Positions 8,176-16,776 of a stretch of DNA of 64,000 nt are shown piece after piece. Numbering within the stretch: the stretch's first letter is position 1; every line of letters starts with the position of its first letter. Source of the stretch: Candidatus Iainarchaeum sp. (lineage in GTDB: Archaea > Iainarchaeota > Iainarchaeia > Iainarchaeales > 1-14-0-10-31-34); assembly GCA_017609625.1 (NCBI GenBank), contig JAFCDN010000002.1:2785-66784 (forward strand), read 5' to 3'. The translations under genes were made by a program, and so were the position numbers. The notes under the pieces are model-generated. The model did no database searches. It was given only the letters and a program-made list of their open reading frames with translations, and was not told the DNA's origin.

Positions 8176-9144
8176 ATGGGAAAAAAACACAAGCCGCGTT
8201 CAGGGTCAATGGCTTATTATCCAAGAAAAAAAGCCAAAAAAGAAACACCTAGCTTTCAGACTTTTCCAGAAATAAGCAAAGAAGAAACCAAACCATTGAA
8301 TTTTTTTGGATACAAAGCAGGAATGATTCAGGTTACAGCAAAAAACGACCGGAAAAAATCCACTGGATTTGGACACGAAGAAGTTTTTGCAGGAACAATA
8401 ATTGAATGCCCTGCAATAGAAGTTTTTGGAATAAGATTATACAAAAAAACCACTTCTGGATACAAGGTTTTAGGAGAAGCCCTGGTAGAAAAAACAAAAA
8501 AGAATTTAAGCAGGAAAATAATAAGTGCAGGAAAGAAAAAGAAAAAACATTCAGTTGAAGATCTTGAAAAAAAACTTCCAGAAGCAGAATATGTCTCTTT
8601 ATTAATTCATACAAATCCTGAACAGACAGGAATAGGAAAAAAGAAACCTGATGTAAGCGAAATACGCTTGTCAGGAGAAAAAGAAAAACAGTTTGCCTTC
8701 TCAAAAGAGAAATTAGGCAAGGAACTGAAAATAAAAGACGTTTTTAAGGAAATGCAGTTTATTGATGTAAAAGCAGTAACAAAAGGAAAAGGAATGCAGG
8801 GAGTAATAAAAAGATTTGGAGTGAAAATGGAAAGACCAAAAGCAAAAAAAAGAAGAGCTGTTGGTTCAATTTCTCCTTGGAGCCCTGCAACAGTAATGTA
8901 CACTGTTGCAAGAGCAGGGCAGATGGGATATCATTCAAGAACAGAATACAACAAAAAAATCTTTTTGATTGGAGAAGGAAAAGAATTAAACGAATTCAAA
9001 AAATATGGAAAAGTAAAAAGCGATTTTGTTTTGATTGTAGGTTCAATTCCGGGCCCTAGCAAAAGATGCATTGCATTAAGATACAATATAAGACCGGTTG
9101 AAGAAAACAAAACAAAAGTAGTTGAAGTAAATATAATAAAGTGA
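8176..9144 (+). CDS. rpl3: 50S ribosomal protein L3 (uL3)
   Basis: MGKKHKPRSGSMAYYPRKKAK... is the archaeal L3 N-terminus; an in-frame upstream ATG at 8155 is less likely. Confidence 0.9.
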   Translation: MGKKHKPRSGSMAYYPRKKAKKETPSFQTFPEISKEETKPLNFFGYKAGMIQVTAKNDRKKSTGFGHEEVFAGTIIECPAIEVFGIRLYKKTTSGYKVLGEALVEKTKKNLSRKIISAGKKKKKHSVEDLEKKLPEAEYVSLLIHTNPEQTGIGKKKPDVSEIRLSGEKEKQFAFSKEKLGKELKIKDVFKEMQFIDVKAVTKGKGMQGVIKRFGVKMERPKAKKRRAVGSISPWSPATVMYTVARAGQMGYHSRTEYNKKIFLIGEGKELNEFKKYGKVKSDFVLIVGSIPGPSKRCIALRYNIRPVEENKTKVVEVNIIK

Positions 9145-9151
9145 TTTTAAA

Positions 9152-9961
9152 ATGAAAGCTCAAGTTTTATCTTTAGAAGGGGAAAAAAAGAAAGAAATGG
9201 AACTTCCAAAAATATTTGAAACAGAATATTCCCCGGAACTGATTAAAAGATCAGTTTTAGCAATCGAATCAAATGCAATGCAACCAAAAGGATCTGATGT
9301 ATGGGCTGGAAGAAAAACAACTGCAGTATACATTGGGGCAAGAAGATATTCTCAGGGAGACAGAACCATTAACACCGGAAGAGCAAGAAGACCAAGAACA
9401 AAAAACAGGAGACATTTATTATATGGGAGAGTTGCAGGAATTTCAGGATCAGTAAAAGGACCAAAAGCTTTTCCTCCTCAAACAGAAAAAAACATTAAAG
9501 AAAAAATAAACAAAAAAGAAAAAAAGAAAGCATTAGAATCAGCAATAGCAGCGACTGCAAAAAAAGAATTAGTTGAAAAAAGAGGGCACAAAGCAAATGG
9601 AATAGAACTGCCATTGATAATTGAAAACGAATTTGAAAACTTAAAGAAAACAAAAGAAGTAAGTTCTGTATTAAAAAAGCTTAATTTGTGGGAAGATGTT
9701 TTAAGAGCAAAAAAAAGGAAAACAACAAGAGCAGGAAAAGGAAAGAGAAGAGGAAGAAAATACAAAAGAGCAAAAAGTGTTTTGATTGTAACAGGAGAAA
9801 AAAGCGAATTAGCAAAATCTTCAAGAAACATTGAAGGCCTAGATGTAGTTAATTCAAGAAACCTGAATGCAAAACTTCTTGCACCTGGAACAGTTGCAGG
9901 AAGACTGACTTTATGGACAGAAAATGCAATAAAAGAACTTAATGCGAGGGAAACCAGATGA
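9152..9961 (+). CDS. rpl4: 50S ribosomal protein L4 (uL4)
   Basis: 269 aa; ...AIESNAMQPKGSDVWAGRKTTAVYIGARRYSQGDRTINTGRARRPRTKNRR...; position after L3. Confidence 0.9.
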   Translation: MKAQVLSLEGEKKKEMELPKIFETEYSPELIKRSVLAIESNAMQPKGSDVWAGRKTTAVYIGARRYSQGDRTINTGRARRPRTKNRRHLLYGRVAGISGSVKGPKAFPPQTEKNIKEKINKKEKKKALESAIAATAKKELVEKRGHKANGIELPLIIENEFENLKKTKEVSSVLKKLNLWEDVLRAKKRKTTRAGKGKRRGRKYKRAKSVLIVTGEKSELAKSSRNIEGLDVVNSRNLNAKLLAPGTVAGRLTLWTENAIKELNARETR

Positions 9962-10227
9962 AAGAACTCAAAGAATACGAAATAATAATCCATCCGTTAA
10001 TTTCAGAAAAATCAGTTAATATGATTGAAACAGAAAATAAAATATGCTTTATTGTAAACGAAAAAACAAACAAGCCTGAAGTAAAAAAAACAGTTGAAAA
10101 ACTGTATAAAGTAAAAGTTGACGCTGTAAAAATTTTAAGAGACAGGAAAGGAAGAAAAAAAGCAATAGTAAAGCTTTCAAAAGAATTCAAAGCAGGCGAT
10201 GTAGCAATAAAATTAGGTGTGTTGTAG
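9958..10227 (+). CDS. rpl23: 50S ribosomal protein L23 (uL23)
   Basis: 89 aa; IIHPLISEKSVNMIETENKICFIV; 4-nt overlap with L4. Confidence 0.9.
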   Translation: MKELKEYEIIIHPLISEKSVNMIETENKICFIVNEKTNKPEVKKTVEKLYKVKVDAVKILRDRKGRKKAIVKLSKEFKAGDVAIKLGVL

Positions 10228-10230
10228 TTT

Positions 10231-10953
10231 ATGGGAAAAAGAATTAAAACCCAAAGAGCAGGAAAAGGCTCTCCGAAATACCGAGCCACGCATAGAGCAG
10301 AACATAAAATAAAATATATTTCTTACGGAGACCAGCAAAAAAAAGAGAAAAAAATAGGAGAAATAATCAGAATACTTACAGACAAAGGAAAAACAGGCGT
10401 GCTGGCAGAAATAGTTTTTGAAGATAATTCCAAAGGAATTGCTTTTGCAGCAGAAGGGGCAATGACAGGGCAGAGAATAGAATACGGAAAAGAAGCAGAA
10501 ATAAACTTGGGAAATGTACTGCCTTTAAGAGAACTGCCAGAAGGATGTCCTGTGTTTAACATAGAATTAACTCCAGGAGACGGAGGAAAATTAATTAGAA
10601 CAGCAGGCTCTTATGCATTGATTTTGTCAAAAGACAAAAAAAATGTTTACATAAAACTTTCTTCAGGAAAAAAAGTTTCTTTCCTTCCAGAATGCAGGGC
10701 AACAGTAGGCTGTGTTGCAGGAGGCGGAAGAAAAGAAAAACCATTTGTTAAAGCAGGAAAAGCTTATCATTTAATGAAATCAAAAAAGAAACAATATCCA
10801 ACAGTAAGAGGGGTTGCAATGAACCCAAACAGCCATCCATTTGGAGGAGGACAACACCATCCGGGAAAAAGCAAAAGCACTTCAAGACACGCACCTCCAG
10901 GAAGAAAAATAGGGGCAATTGCATCAAAAAGAACAGGGAGAAAGAAACGGTAA
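10231..10953 (+). CDS. rpl2: 50S ribosomal protein L2 (uL2)
   Basis: 240 aa; MGKRIKTQRAGKGSPKYRATHRAEHK... GGGQHHPGKSKST. Confidence 0.95.
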   Translation: MGKRIKTQRAGKGSPKYRATHRAEHKIKYISYGDQQKKEKKIGEIIRILTDKGKTGVLAEIVFEDNSKGIAFAAEGAMTGQRIEYGKEAEINLGNVLPLRELPEGCPVFNIELTPGDGGKLIRTAGSYALILSKDKKNVYIKLSSGKKVSFLPECRATVGCVAGGGRKEKPFVKAGKAYHLMKSKKKQYPTVRGVAMNPNSHPFGGGQHHPGKSKSTSRHAPPGRKIGAIASKRTGRKKR

Positions 10954-11001
10954 AACAAACTTTTAGAAAAAGTTTGATCAAAACAAAAATTAGGTGAAAA
11001 A

Positions 11002-11403
11002 ATGGCAAAAAAATTTACTTTCAAAGGAAAAGAAATGCAAGAGCTTGAAAAAATGAGCATAGAAGAATTTTCAAAATTAGTTAATTCAAGAATAAGAAGA
11101 AGCCTGAAAAGAAACCAAAACAAAAACCTGGACAAAAGAATAGAAAAAGCATTGAAAGTAAAAACCGGGGGAAGAGAACCAAAACCAATCAGAACACATT
11201 TAAGAGACACAGTTGTTGTTCCAAAAATGATTGGATTAAAGTTTGCAATATACAATGGAAAAGAATTCCAGACAATGGAAGCCCTTCCAGAAATGTTAGG
11301 CCATTACTTTGGAGAAGTTGTTTTAACAAGAAAAAGATTATTGCACGGAAAAGCAGGAATTGGAGCAACAAAATCCAGTACTGCAATAACCGCAAGAAAG
11401 TGA
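11002..11403 (+). CDS. rps19: 30S ribosomal protein S19 (uS19)
   Basis: 133 aa; ...RRSLKRNQNK...GHYFGEVVLTRK...; position between L2 and L22. Confidence 0.9.
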   Translation: MAKKFTFKGKEMQELEKMSIEEFSKLVNSRIRRSLKRNQNKNLDKRIEKALKVKTGGREPKPIRTHLRDTVVVPKMIGLKFAIYNGKEFQTMEALPEMLGHYFGEVVLTRKRLLHGKAGIGATKSSTAITARK

Positions 11404-11407
11404 TAAA

Positions 11408-11881
11408 TTGAGCAAGAAAAATTATAACTTTCAGGAAAAACTAAACAAGAAAAAAACAGCCAAAGCATTCAAAAGCAATGCAAATGTTTCACTTAAATAT
11501 GCAACAGAAATAGTAAACAGAATAAAAGGAAAACCAGTAAAAAAAGTTGAAAGGTTCTTGCAAGGAATTATTGAAAAAACAGAATACCTTCCACTGAGAA
11601 AATACAACAAAAAAGTAGCGCACAGAAAAGGAACAGCAAAATCAAAAACAAAATCAGGAAGATATCCGAAAAAAACAGCAAAAATTTTCCTTGAGTTGAT
11701 TAACAGCGTAAAAGCAAACGCAGATTATAAAGGATTAGGTGAAGAAAATCTTTTGGTAAAACACTGTTTTGCTTCAAAAGGTTTCTCCAGACAAGGGCAC
11801 CAGCCAAAAGGAAAAATTTCAGGAAAACCTAGGGCAAAAAAATCAGCCCATATTGAAATAATAGTGCAAGAGGGAAAATAA
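11408..11881 (+). CDS. rpl22: 50S ribosomal protein L22 (uL22), TTG start
   Basis: 157 aa; AKAFKSNANVSLKYATEIVNRIKGKPVKKVERFL matches the L22 core. Confidence 0.85.
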   Translation: MSKKNYNFQEKLNKKKTAKAFKSNANVSLKYATEIVNRIKGKPVKKVERFLQGIIEKTEYLPLRKYNKKVAHRKGTAKSKTKSGRYPKKTAKIFLELINSVKANADYKGLGEENLLVKHCFASKGFSRQGHQPKGKISGKPRAKKSAHIEIIVQEGK

Positions 11882-12754
11882 ATGATTGAAAGAACATTCA
11901 TAAAACAAGGAATAAAAAAAATTGAAATGGAAAATTATTTGAAGAAAGAACTGTATAAAGCAGGCTTTACAAAACTGGAAACAATGAAAACCCCTTTAGT
12001 AACAAGAATTGTATTAAATGTAACTCACCCAGGCCTTGCAATAGGAAAAGGCGGAACAAACATAAAAAAGCTTACAAGGGTATTAGAAGAAAGATTTAAA
12101 GTGCAAAATCCTCAAATTGAAATAAGAGAAATTACTGTGCCGGAATTGGATGCACAGGCAATGGCAGACAAAATATCTTCTTTAATAGGAAGAGGATTCA
12201 GCTGGAGAAGTGTAGTTTACAGAACATTAAAAGCAATAAGAGGCGCAGGAGCACAAGGAGCAGAAATAGTTTTATCAGGAGCATTAGGCGGAAAAGGAGT
12301 AAGAAAAAGAAAACAAAGAATAGCAGAAGGGTATATGAAAAAAATAGGAGAACAGGCAAAATTAGTTGATTACGGTTGTGCGCCGGCAAAAGCAAAATTC
12401 GGAACAATAGGAGTAAAAGTAAGAATAGTAAAGCCAGAAACAGTTTTTCCGGATAAGATTGATATTAAAGAAATAATTGAAAGCAGAAAAGACAAAGCAG
12501 AAGAAGAAAAGAAAAACAAAAAAGAAAAAGAAGAGAAAAAGGAAGAAAAAAAAGACAGTAAAGAAGAAAAAGAAGACTCAAAAGAAAAACACAAAAAACA
12601 CGAGAAAAAAGAAAAAGAAGACAAAGAAGAAAAGAAAAAACACCAAACAAAAAAAGAAGATAATAAAAAAGAAAAGAAAAAAGAACATCCAAAAAAAGAA
12701 ACTGAAAAAAAGAAAGAAGAAAAAAAAGAAGACTCAAAAGCGGAAAAGAAGTGA
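11882..12754 (+). CDS. rps3: 30S ribosomal protein S3 (uS3) with a ~90-aa Lys/Glu-rich C-terminal low-complexity tail
   Basis: KH domain LVTRIVLNVTHPGLAIGKGGTNIKKL...; the tail is KEEKKDSKEEKEDSKEKHKK... Confidence 0.9.
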   Translation: MIERTFIKQGIKKIEMENYLKKELYKAGFTKLETMKTPLVTRIVLNVTHPGLAIGKGGTNIKKLTRVLEERFKVQNPQIEIREITVPELDAQAMADKISSLIGRGFSWRSVVYRTLKAIRGAGAQGAEIVLSGALGGKGVRKRKQRIAEGYMKKIGEQAKLVDYGCAPAKAKFGTIGVKVRIVKPETVFPDKIDIKEIIESRKDKAEEEKKNKKEKEEKKEEKKDSKEEKEDSKEKHKKHEKKEKEDKEEKKKHQTKKEDNKKEKKKEHPKKETEKKKEEKKEDSKAEKK

Positions 12755-12758
12755 TTAA

Positions 12759-13073
12759 ATGGTGGCAATAAAAGGAAAAGAACTAAGAGGGCTGCCTGCA
12801 GAAGAACTGGAAGAAAAAGTAGTTTCTCTAAAAAATGAATTATCAAAAGAAAAAACACAAATTAGTTCAGGGACAAGAGCAGAAAACCCTGGAAAAATAA
12901 AAAAAATAAGAAGAGAAATTGCAAGAACGCTTACAATAATTAATGAAAAGAAAAAAACAAAAGCTTCTAAAGAAACAGAAAAACAACCTTTAAACCTTTT
13001 AGAAAAAGCTTTACCAAAACAAAAGGTTGAACAAAAAAAGGAAGAAAAAAATAAAAAGGAGGTAAAAAAATAA
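12759..13073 (+). CDS. rpl29: 50S ribosomal protein L29 (uL29) with a K-rich C-terminal extension
   Basis: LRGLPAEELEEKVVSLKNELSKEK...IKKIRREIARTLTIIN. Confidence 0.85.
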   Translation: MVAIKGKELRGLPAEELEEKVVSLKNELSKEKTQISSGTRAENPGKIKKIRREIARTLTIINEKKKTKASKETEKQPLNLLEKALPKQKVEQKKEEKNKKEVKK

Positions 13074-13074
13074 A

Positions 13075-13377
13075 ATGAACGAAGTATGTCAAACCTGTGG
13101 GCTTCCAAAAAATCTCTGTGTATGCCAGGAAATAGCAAAAGAAAGCCAGAGAATCCAGATAAACGTGAGAAAAAGGAAGTTCAGGAAATGGATTACAGAA
13201 ATAAAAGGGCTTGAAAGCAATGAAGCCGCAAAAAACCTTGAAAAAACTCTGAAAAAAAAATTCGCATGCGGGGGAACAGTAAAAGGAACCAAAATAGAAC
13301 TACAAGGAGACCACAAGAAAAACATTATGAAAGTCTTGCTGGAACAAGGCTACAAAGAGGAATTAATAGATGTTTGA
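13075..13377 (+). CDS. sui1: Translation initiation factor SUI1 (aIF1)
   Basis: 100 aa; ...FACGGTVKGTKIELQGDHKKNIMKVL... SUI1 family; canonical position after L29. Confidence 0.85.
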   Translation: MNEVCQTCGLPKNLCVCQEIAKESQRIQINVRKRKFRKWITEIKGLESNEAAKNLEKTLKKKFACGGTVKGTKIELQGDHKKNIMKVLLEQGYKEELIDV

Positions 13378-13666
13378 AAAAAAATACAGCATCACAGAAA
13401 AAAACATAAAAGCCCATGAACTAAACGGCTTAAAAGTCAAAGTTTATAAGAGCAGTGATTCAGGAAAAGAAATTTCAGGAAAAATAGCGAAAGAAACAAA
13501 AAATTTATTGGTAATAGAAACAAAAAAAGGAGAAAAAAAGATTCCAAAAAAAGAAGCAGAAATAGAATTTAATCTAAAAGGAAAAAAAATAAAAATTGAA
13601 GGAAAAAAAATTATGTTCAAACCAGAAGACAGAATAAAGATGTTCTGGAGGAAAAAAAATGAGTAA
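13370..13666 (+). CDS. rnp1: RNase P protein component 1 (Rpp29/Pop4)
   Basis: 98 aa; HELNGLKVKVYKSSDSGKEISGKIAKETKNLLVIETKKGEKKIPKK...KPEDR; canonical position between SUI1 and S17. Confidence 0.75.
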   Translation: MFEKKYSITEKNIKAHELNGLKVKVYKSSDSGKEISGKIAKETKNLLVIETKKGEKKIPKKEAEIEFNLKGKKIKIEGKKIMFKPEDRIKMFWRKKNE

Positions 13667-13931
13667 AAAAAGAGAAGAAAAAAGCATCAAAGTCAGAGGC
13701 AACATATTCAAAGGAATAGTAGTTAGCAGCAAGCCAAGCAAAACAGTAATAATTGAAAGAATTATTACAAAAAAAGTTCCAAAATACGAAAGATACAAAA
13801 AAACAAAATCAAAAATCTCTGCGCATAATCCTGAATGGATTAACGCAAAAGAAGGGGACACAGTAAAAGTAGGAGAAACAAGAAAATTAAGCAAAACAAA
13901 AAATTTTATAGTATTAGAGGTAGAAGACTAA
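13659..13931 (+). CDS. rps17: 30S ribosomal protein S17 (uS17)
   Basis: 90 aa; GIVVSSKPSKTVIIERIITKKVPKYERYKKTKSKISAHNPEWINAKEGDTVKVGETRKLSKTKNF. Confidence 0.9.
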   Translation: MSKKREEKSIKVRGNIFKGIVVSSKPSKTVIIERIITKKVPKYERYKKTKSKISAHNPEWINAKEGDTVKVGETRKLSKTKNFIVLEVED

Positions 13932-13967
13932 CCTTTTAAGAAAAGGTTAAACAAAAAGGAGAAAAAT

Positions 13968-14366
13968 ATGAAAGCAATTAATGCAAACTCAGTAAAGTGT
14001 TTAACACAAAAATCAAAATGTATTTGTGCAGACAACAGCGGGGCAAAAATAGTGGAAATAATTACAGTGTTCAACTTCAAAACAAGAAAAAGAATGCAGC
14101 CAAAAGCAGGAATTGCAGACATGGTTAATGTAGTAATAAAAAAAGGAAAACCAGAAATAAGAAAAAAAGTTGAAAGAGCAGTGCTAATCAGAGTAAAAAA
14201 AGCCTACAAAAGGAATGACGGAACAAGAATAAAATTTGAAGATAATGCAGTTGTATTGGTAGACGAAAAAGGGCTTCCAAAAGCTTCAGAAATAAAAGGA
14301 GTAGTAGCAAAAGAAGTAGGAGAAAGATGGCCAAAAGTCGCAGGAATCGCCCAAGGAATAGTTTAA
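13968..14366 (+). CDS. rpl14: 50S ribosomal protein L14 (uL14)
   Basis: 132 aa; CADNSGAKIVEII...AVLIRVKK...DNAVVLVDEKG. Confidence 0.95.
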   Translation: MKAINANSVKCLTQKSKCICADNSGAKIVEIITVFNFKTRKRMQPKAGIADMVNVVIKKGKPEIRKKVERAVLIRVKKAYKRNDGTRIKFEDNAVVLVDEKGLPKASEIKGVVAKEVGERWPKVAGIAQGIV

Positions 14367-14367
14367 A

Positions 14368-15000
14368 GTGATTAAAATGAAAACAAAAAAACCTTCAAAG
14401 CAAAGAAGAAGATTATACAAAGGAAAACTCCATGAAAGGAAAAATGTTTTAAGTGCACATTTAAGCAAAGAGTTAAGAAAAGAAACAGGAAAAAGAAGTT
14501 TAATGGTAAAAAAAGGAGACAAAATTAAAATAATGAGAGGACAGCACAAGAAAAAAGAAGGAAAAATACTTCAGGTTGATCATAAAAAAGCAAAAATTTT
14601 CATTGAAAAAATTACAAGAAAAAAAGCAGACGGAACAGAAAAACTGATTCCATTTAAGGCAAGCAATTTGGTTTTATTGGAACTGGAAAGAAAAGATGAT
14701 AAAAGATTGAAAAGAGCAAAACAACCTTTTTCAAAGAAAAAGCTTGACCAAAAAACTGAAAAAGAAGAAAAGGAAAAAGAAACAAAAACTGAAGAAAAAC
14801 AACCTTTTTTAGAAAAAAAGGTTGCAACTCAAACCAAAAGTTTGAGTGCACAACAAAATCAAGATTTTGTTAGTGAACAAAAAACTGACCAAAAAAAAGA
14901 AGCACCAAAAGAAACACCTTTTTCAGAAAAAGGGGTAACAAAAACACCAGAAAAAAAAGAAACAGTTAAAGAAGAAAAGAAAGAGGAAAAAAAGGAGTGA
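14368..15000 (+). CDS. rpl24: 50S ribosomal protein L24 (uL24) with a ~100-aa C-terminal extension built from palindromic repeat elements
   Basis: KOW core MVKKGDKIKIMRGQHKKKEGKILQVD; the tail contains ...KQPFLEKKVATQTKSLSAQQNQDFVSEQK... and ...TPFSEKG... Confidence 0.9.
   Translation: MIKMKTKKPSKQRRRLYKGKLHERKNVLSAHLSKELRKETGKRSLMVKKGDKIKIMRGQHKKKEGKILQVDHKKAKIFIEKITRKKADGTEKLIPFKASNLVLLELERKDDKRLKRAKQPFSKKKLDQKTEKEEKEKETKTEEKQPFLEKKVATQTKSLSAQQNQDFVSEQKTDQKKEAPKETPFSEKGVTKTPEKKETVKEEKKEEKKE
14791..14885. repeat. ~95-nt composite three-hairpin repeat element, copy A, in frame in the rpl24 3' extension
   Basis: AACCTTTTTTAGAAAAAAAGGTT + CTCAAACCAAAAGTTTGAG + ACAAAATCAAGATTTTGT; a copy at 51911-52005 differs by 1 nt. 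Confidence 0.8.
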
Positions 15001-15005
15001 ATTGA

Positions 15006-15740
15006 ATGGCAAAAAAAGGAGCAAGGAAAAGTGAAAAAAGACTTTCAGCAAGCAAAACAAAAATGGTTAAAAGAAAAGAAAACACTTTTACAATAAAAGC
15101 CAGTTCTGGCCCTCATAATGCCCAACAGTCAATTCCATTAGGTTTTTTAGTAAGAGATTTGCTTGAACTTTCAACAAACAGAAAAGAAACAAACGAAATT
15201 CTCAATGCAGGAGAAATAAAAATTGACGGAAAATCCAGAAAAAACGGAAAATTTCCTGTCGGGTTGTTTGATTTAATTTCAGTTGAAAAAAAGAAAGAAA
15301 ACTACAGAATGATTTTGGATACAAAAGGAAGATTAACTCCAGTGAAAACAGAAGAAAAGAAAGCAACAAAATTATGCAAGATTACAGGGAAAAAAATGAA
15401 CGGAAAAAAAATTCAGCTGAATACAAACGACGGAAGAACTTTTGTTGAAGCAAAAACAGACTTAAAATTAGGGGATTCAATAAAAATTTCCCTGCCAGAA
15501 CAAAAGATTCTGGAAAAACTAGTGCAAAAAAAAGGGAATCTGGCATATGTTACCGGAGGAAAACACACAGGAGCACAAGGAACAATAGAAGAAATCATTA
15601 AAGGAGACATAAACAGACAAAAAACAGTAAAACTGAAAGCAAAAGAAAAAGAATTCAAAACCAACGCAAAAAACGTGTTTATTATAGGAGAAAAAAAATC
15701 AGAAATTGAATTACAGGTGAACTCATGGAAAATCCAATGA
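15006..15740 (+). CDS. rps4e: 30S ribosomal protein S4e (eS4)
   Basis: 244 aa; ...GPHNAQQSIPLGFLVRDLLELSTNRKE...KFPVGLFDLISV... Confidence 0.9.
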   Translation: MAKKGARKSEKRLSASKTKMVKRKENTFTIKASSGPHNAQQSIPLGFLVRDLLELSTNRKETNEILNAGEIKIDGKSRKNGKFPVGLFDLISVEKKKENYRMILDTKGRLTPVKTEEKKATKLCKITGKKMNGKKIQLNTNDGRTFVEAKTDLKLGDSIKISLPEQKILEKLVQKKGNLAYVTGGKHTGAQGTIEEIIKGDINRQKTVKLKAKEKEFKTNAKNVFIIGEKKSEIELQVNSWKIQ

Positions 15741-16237
15741 AAGAAATCAAAGTCGAAAAAGTTGTAGTAAACATGGGCGTCGGCGAATCAGGCGAAGAAT
15801 TAAAGAAAGGAAAGCAGATAATCGAAAAAGTTACCGGAAGCAAAACAATAGAAACAAAATGCAAAATAAAACAGCCACTCTGGGGAATAAGACCCGGGCT
15901 TCCAATAGGAATAAAAGTTACTTTAAGAAAAGAAAAAGCAATTGAATTCCTAAAAACTACATTAAAAGCAAAAGAAAACACATTGGAAAGCAGCAATTTT
16001 GACCCAAGAGGAAACTTTGGTTTTGGAATAAAAGAATACATTGACTTACCTGGAACAAAATACGACCCAAAACTGGGAATAAAAGGATTCAACGTTTTAG
16101 TGAGCCTGGAAAAAAAAGGATACAGGATTAAAAGAAGAAAAATGCACAAAAAAAAGATTCCGGAAAAACACAGAGTAACAAAAAAAGAGGCAATAAATTT
16201 TATGAAAGAAAAATTCGGGGTTGAAATAAATGATTAA
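15725..16237 (+). CDS. rpl5: 50S ribosomal protein L5 (uL5)
   Basis: 170 aa; ...[18 protein letters not shown]...[18 protein letters not shown]... Confidence 0.9.
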   Translation: MENPMKEIKVEKVVVNMGVGESGEELKKGKQIIEKVTGSKTIETKCKIKQPLWGIRPGLPIGIKVTLRKEKAIEFLKTTLKAKENTLESSNFDPRGNFGFGIKEYIDLPGTKYDPKLGIKGFNVLVSLEKKGYRIKRRKMHKKKIPEKHRVTKKEAINFMKEKFGVEIND

Positions 16238-16364
16238 CAAAAAAGAAACAAGATGCACAGTCTGCAAAAGCACCAGAGGGGTAATAAGAAAATACGGTAT
16301 GCAGATCTGCAGAAGATGCTTTAAGGAAAGAGCAAACAAAATGGGGTTTGAAAAATATAATTAA
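16230..16364 (+). CDS. rps14: 30S ribosomal protein S14 type Z (uS14), 44 aa, zinc ribbon; below the ORF-track cutoff
   Basis: Hand translation gives [44 protein letters not shown]; the ATG overlaps the L5 stop; canonical position between L5 and S8. Confidence 0.8.
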   Translation: MINKKETRCTVCKSTRGVIRKYGMQICRRCFKERANKMGFEKYN

Positions 16365-16373
16365 GGTGAAAAT

Positions 16374-16766
16374 ATGAGTTTAACAGATCCAATATCAGAT
16401 ACTCTGATAAACATAAAAAACCATGAAATTGCATCAAAAAAAGAATGCACTTTCAAGCCGGCATCAAAATTGATTTCAGAGATACTGAAAATTCTGATGA
16501 AAAAAGGATTCATAGAAAAATATGAATTAATTGATGACGGAAGAGACGGAATGATTAAAGTTAAATTAAACGGAAAAATAAACCAATGCAGAACAATAAA
16601 ACCAAGGTATGCAGTGAAAAAAAATGAATATGAAAAATACGAGAAAAGGTTTTTGCCATCAAAAGATATTGGAATAATTATTGTTTCAACTCCACAAGGG
16701 GTAATGACACACAACGAAGCAAAAAAGAAAGAAATTGGCGGAAGGTTAATCGCTTTTGTTTATTAA
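16374..16766 (+). CDS. rps8: 30S ribosomal protein S8 (uS8)
   Basis: 130 aa; MSLTDPISDTLINIKNHEIASKKEC...GGRLIAFVY. Confidence 0.9.
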   Translation: MSLTDPISDTLINIKNHEIASKKECTFKPASKLISEILKILMKKGFIEKYELIDDGRDGMIKVKLNGKINQCRTIKPRYAVKKNEYEKYEKRFLPSKDIGIIIVSTPQGVMTHNEAKKKEIGGRLIAFVY

Positions 16767-16776
16767 GGTGCAGAGA

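Noticed and set aside
12370-12858. Long antisense and alternative-frame ORFs over the S3 tail (12370-12858 -, 12465-12737 -, 12477-12758 +)
   Set aside because: They are artefacts of the purine-rich low-complexity repeat (AAGAAAAAGAA...) and translate into poly-F/L/S or poly-K. They lie inside a confidently assigned ribosomal gene.
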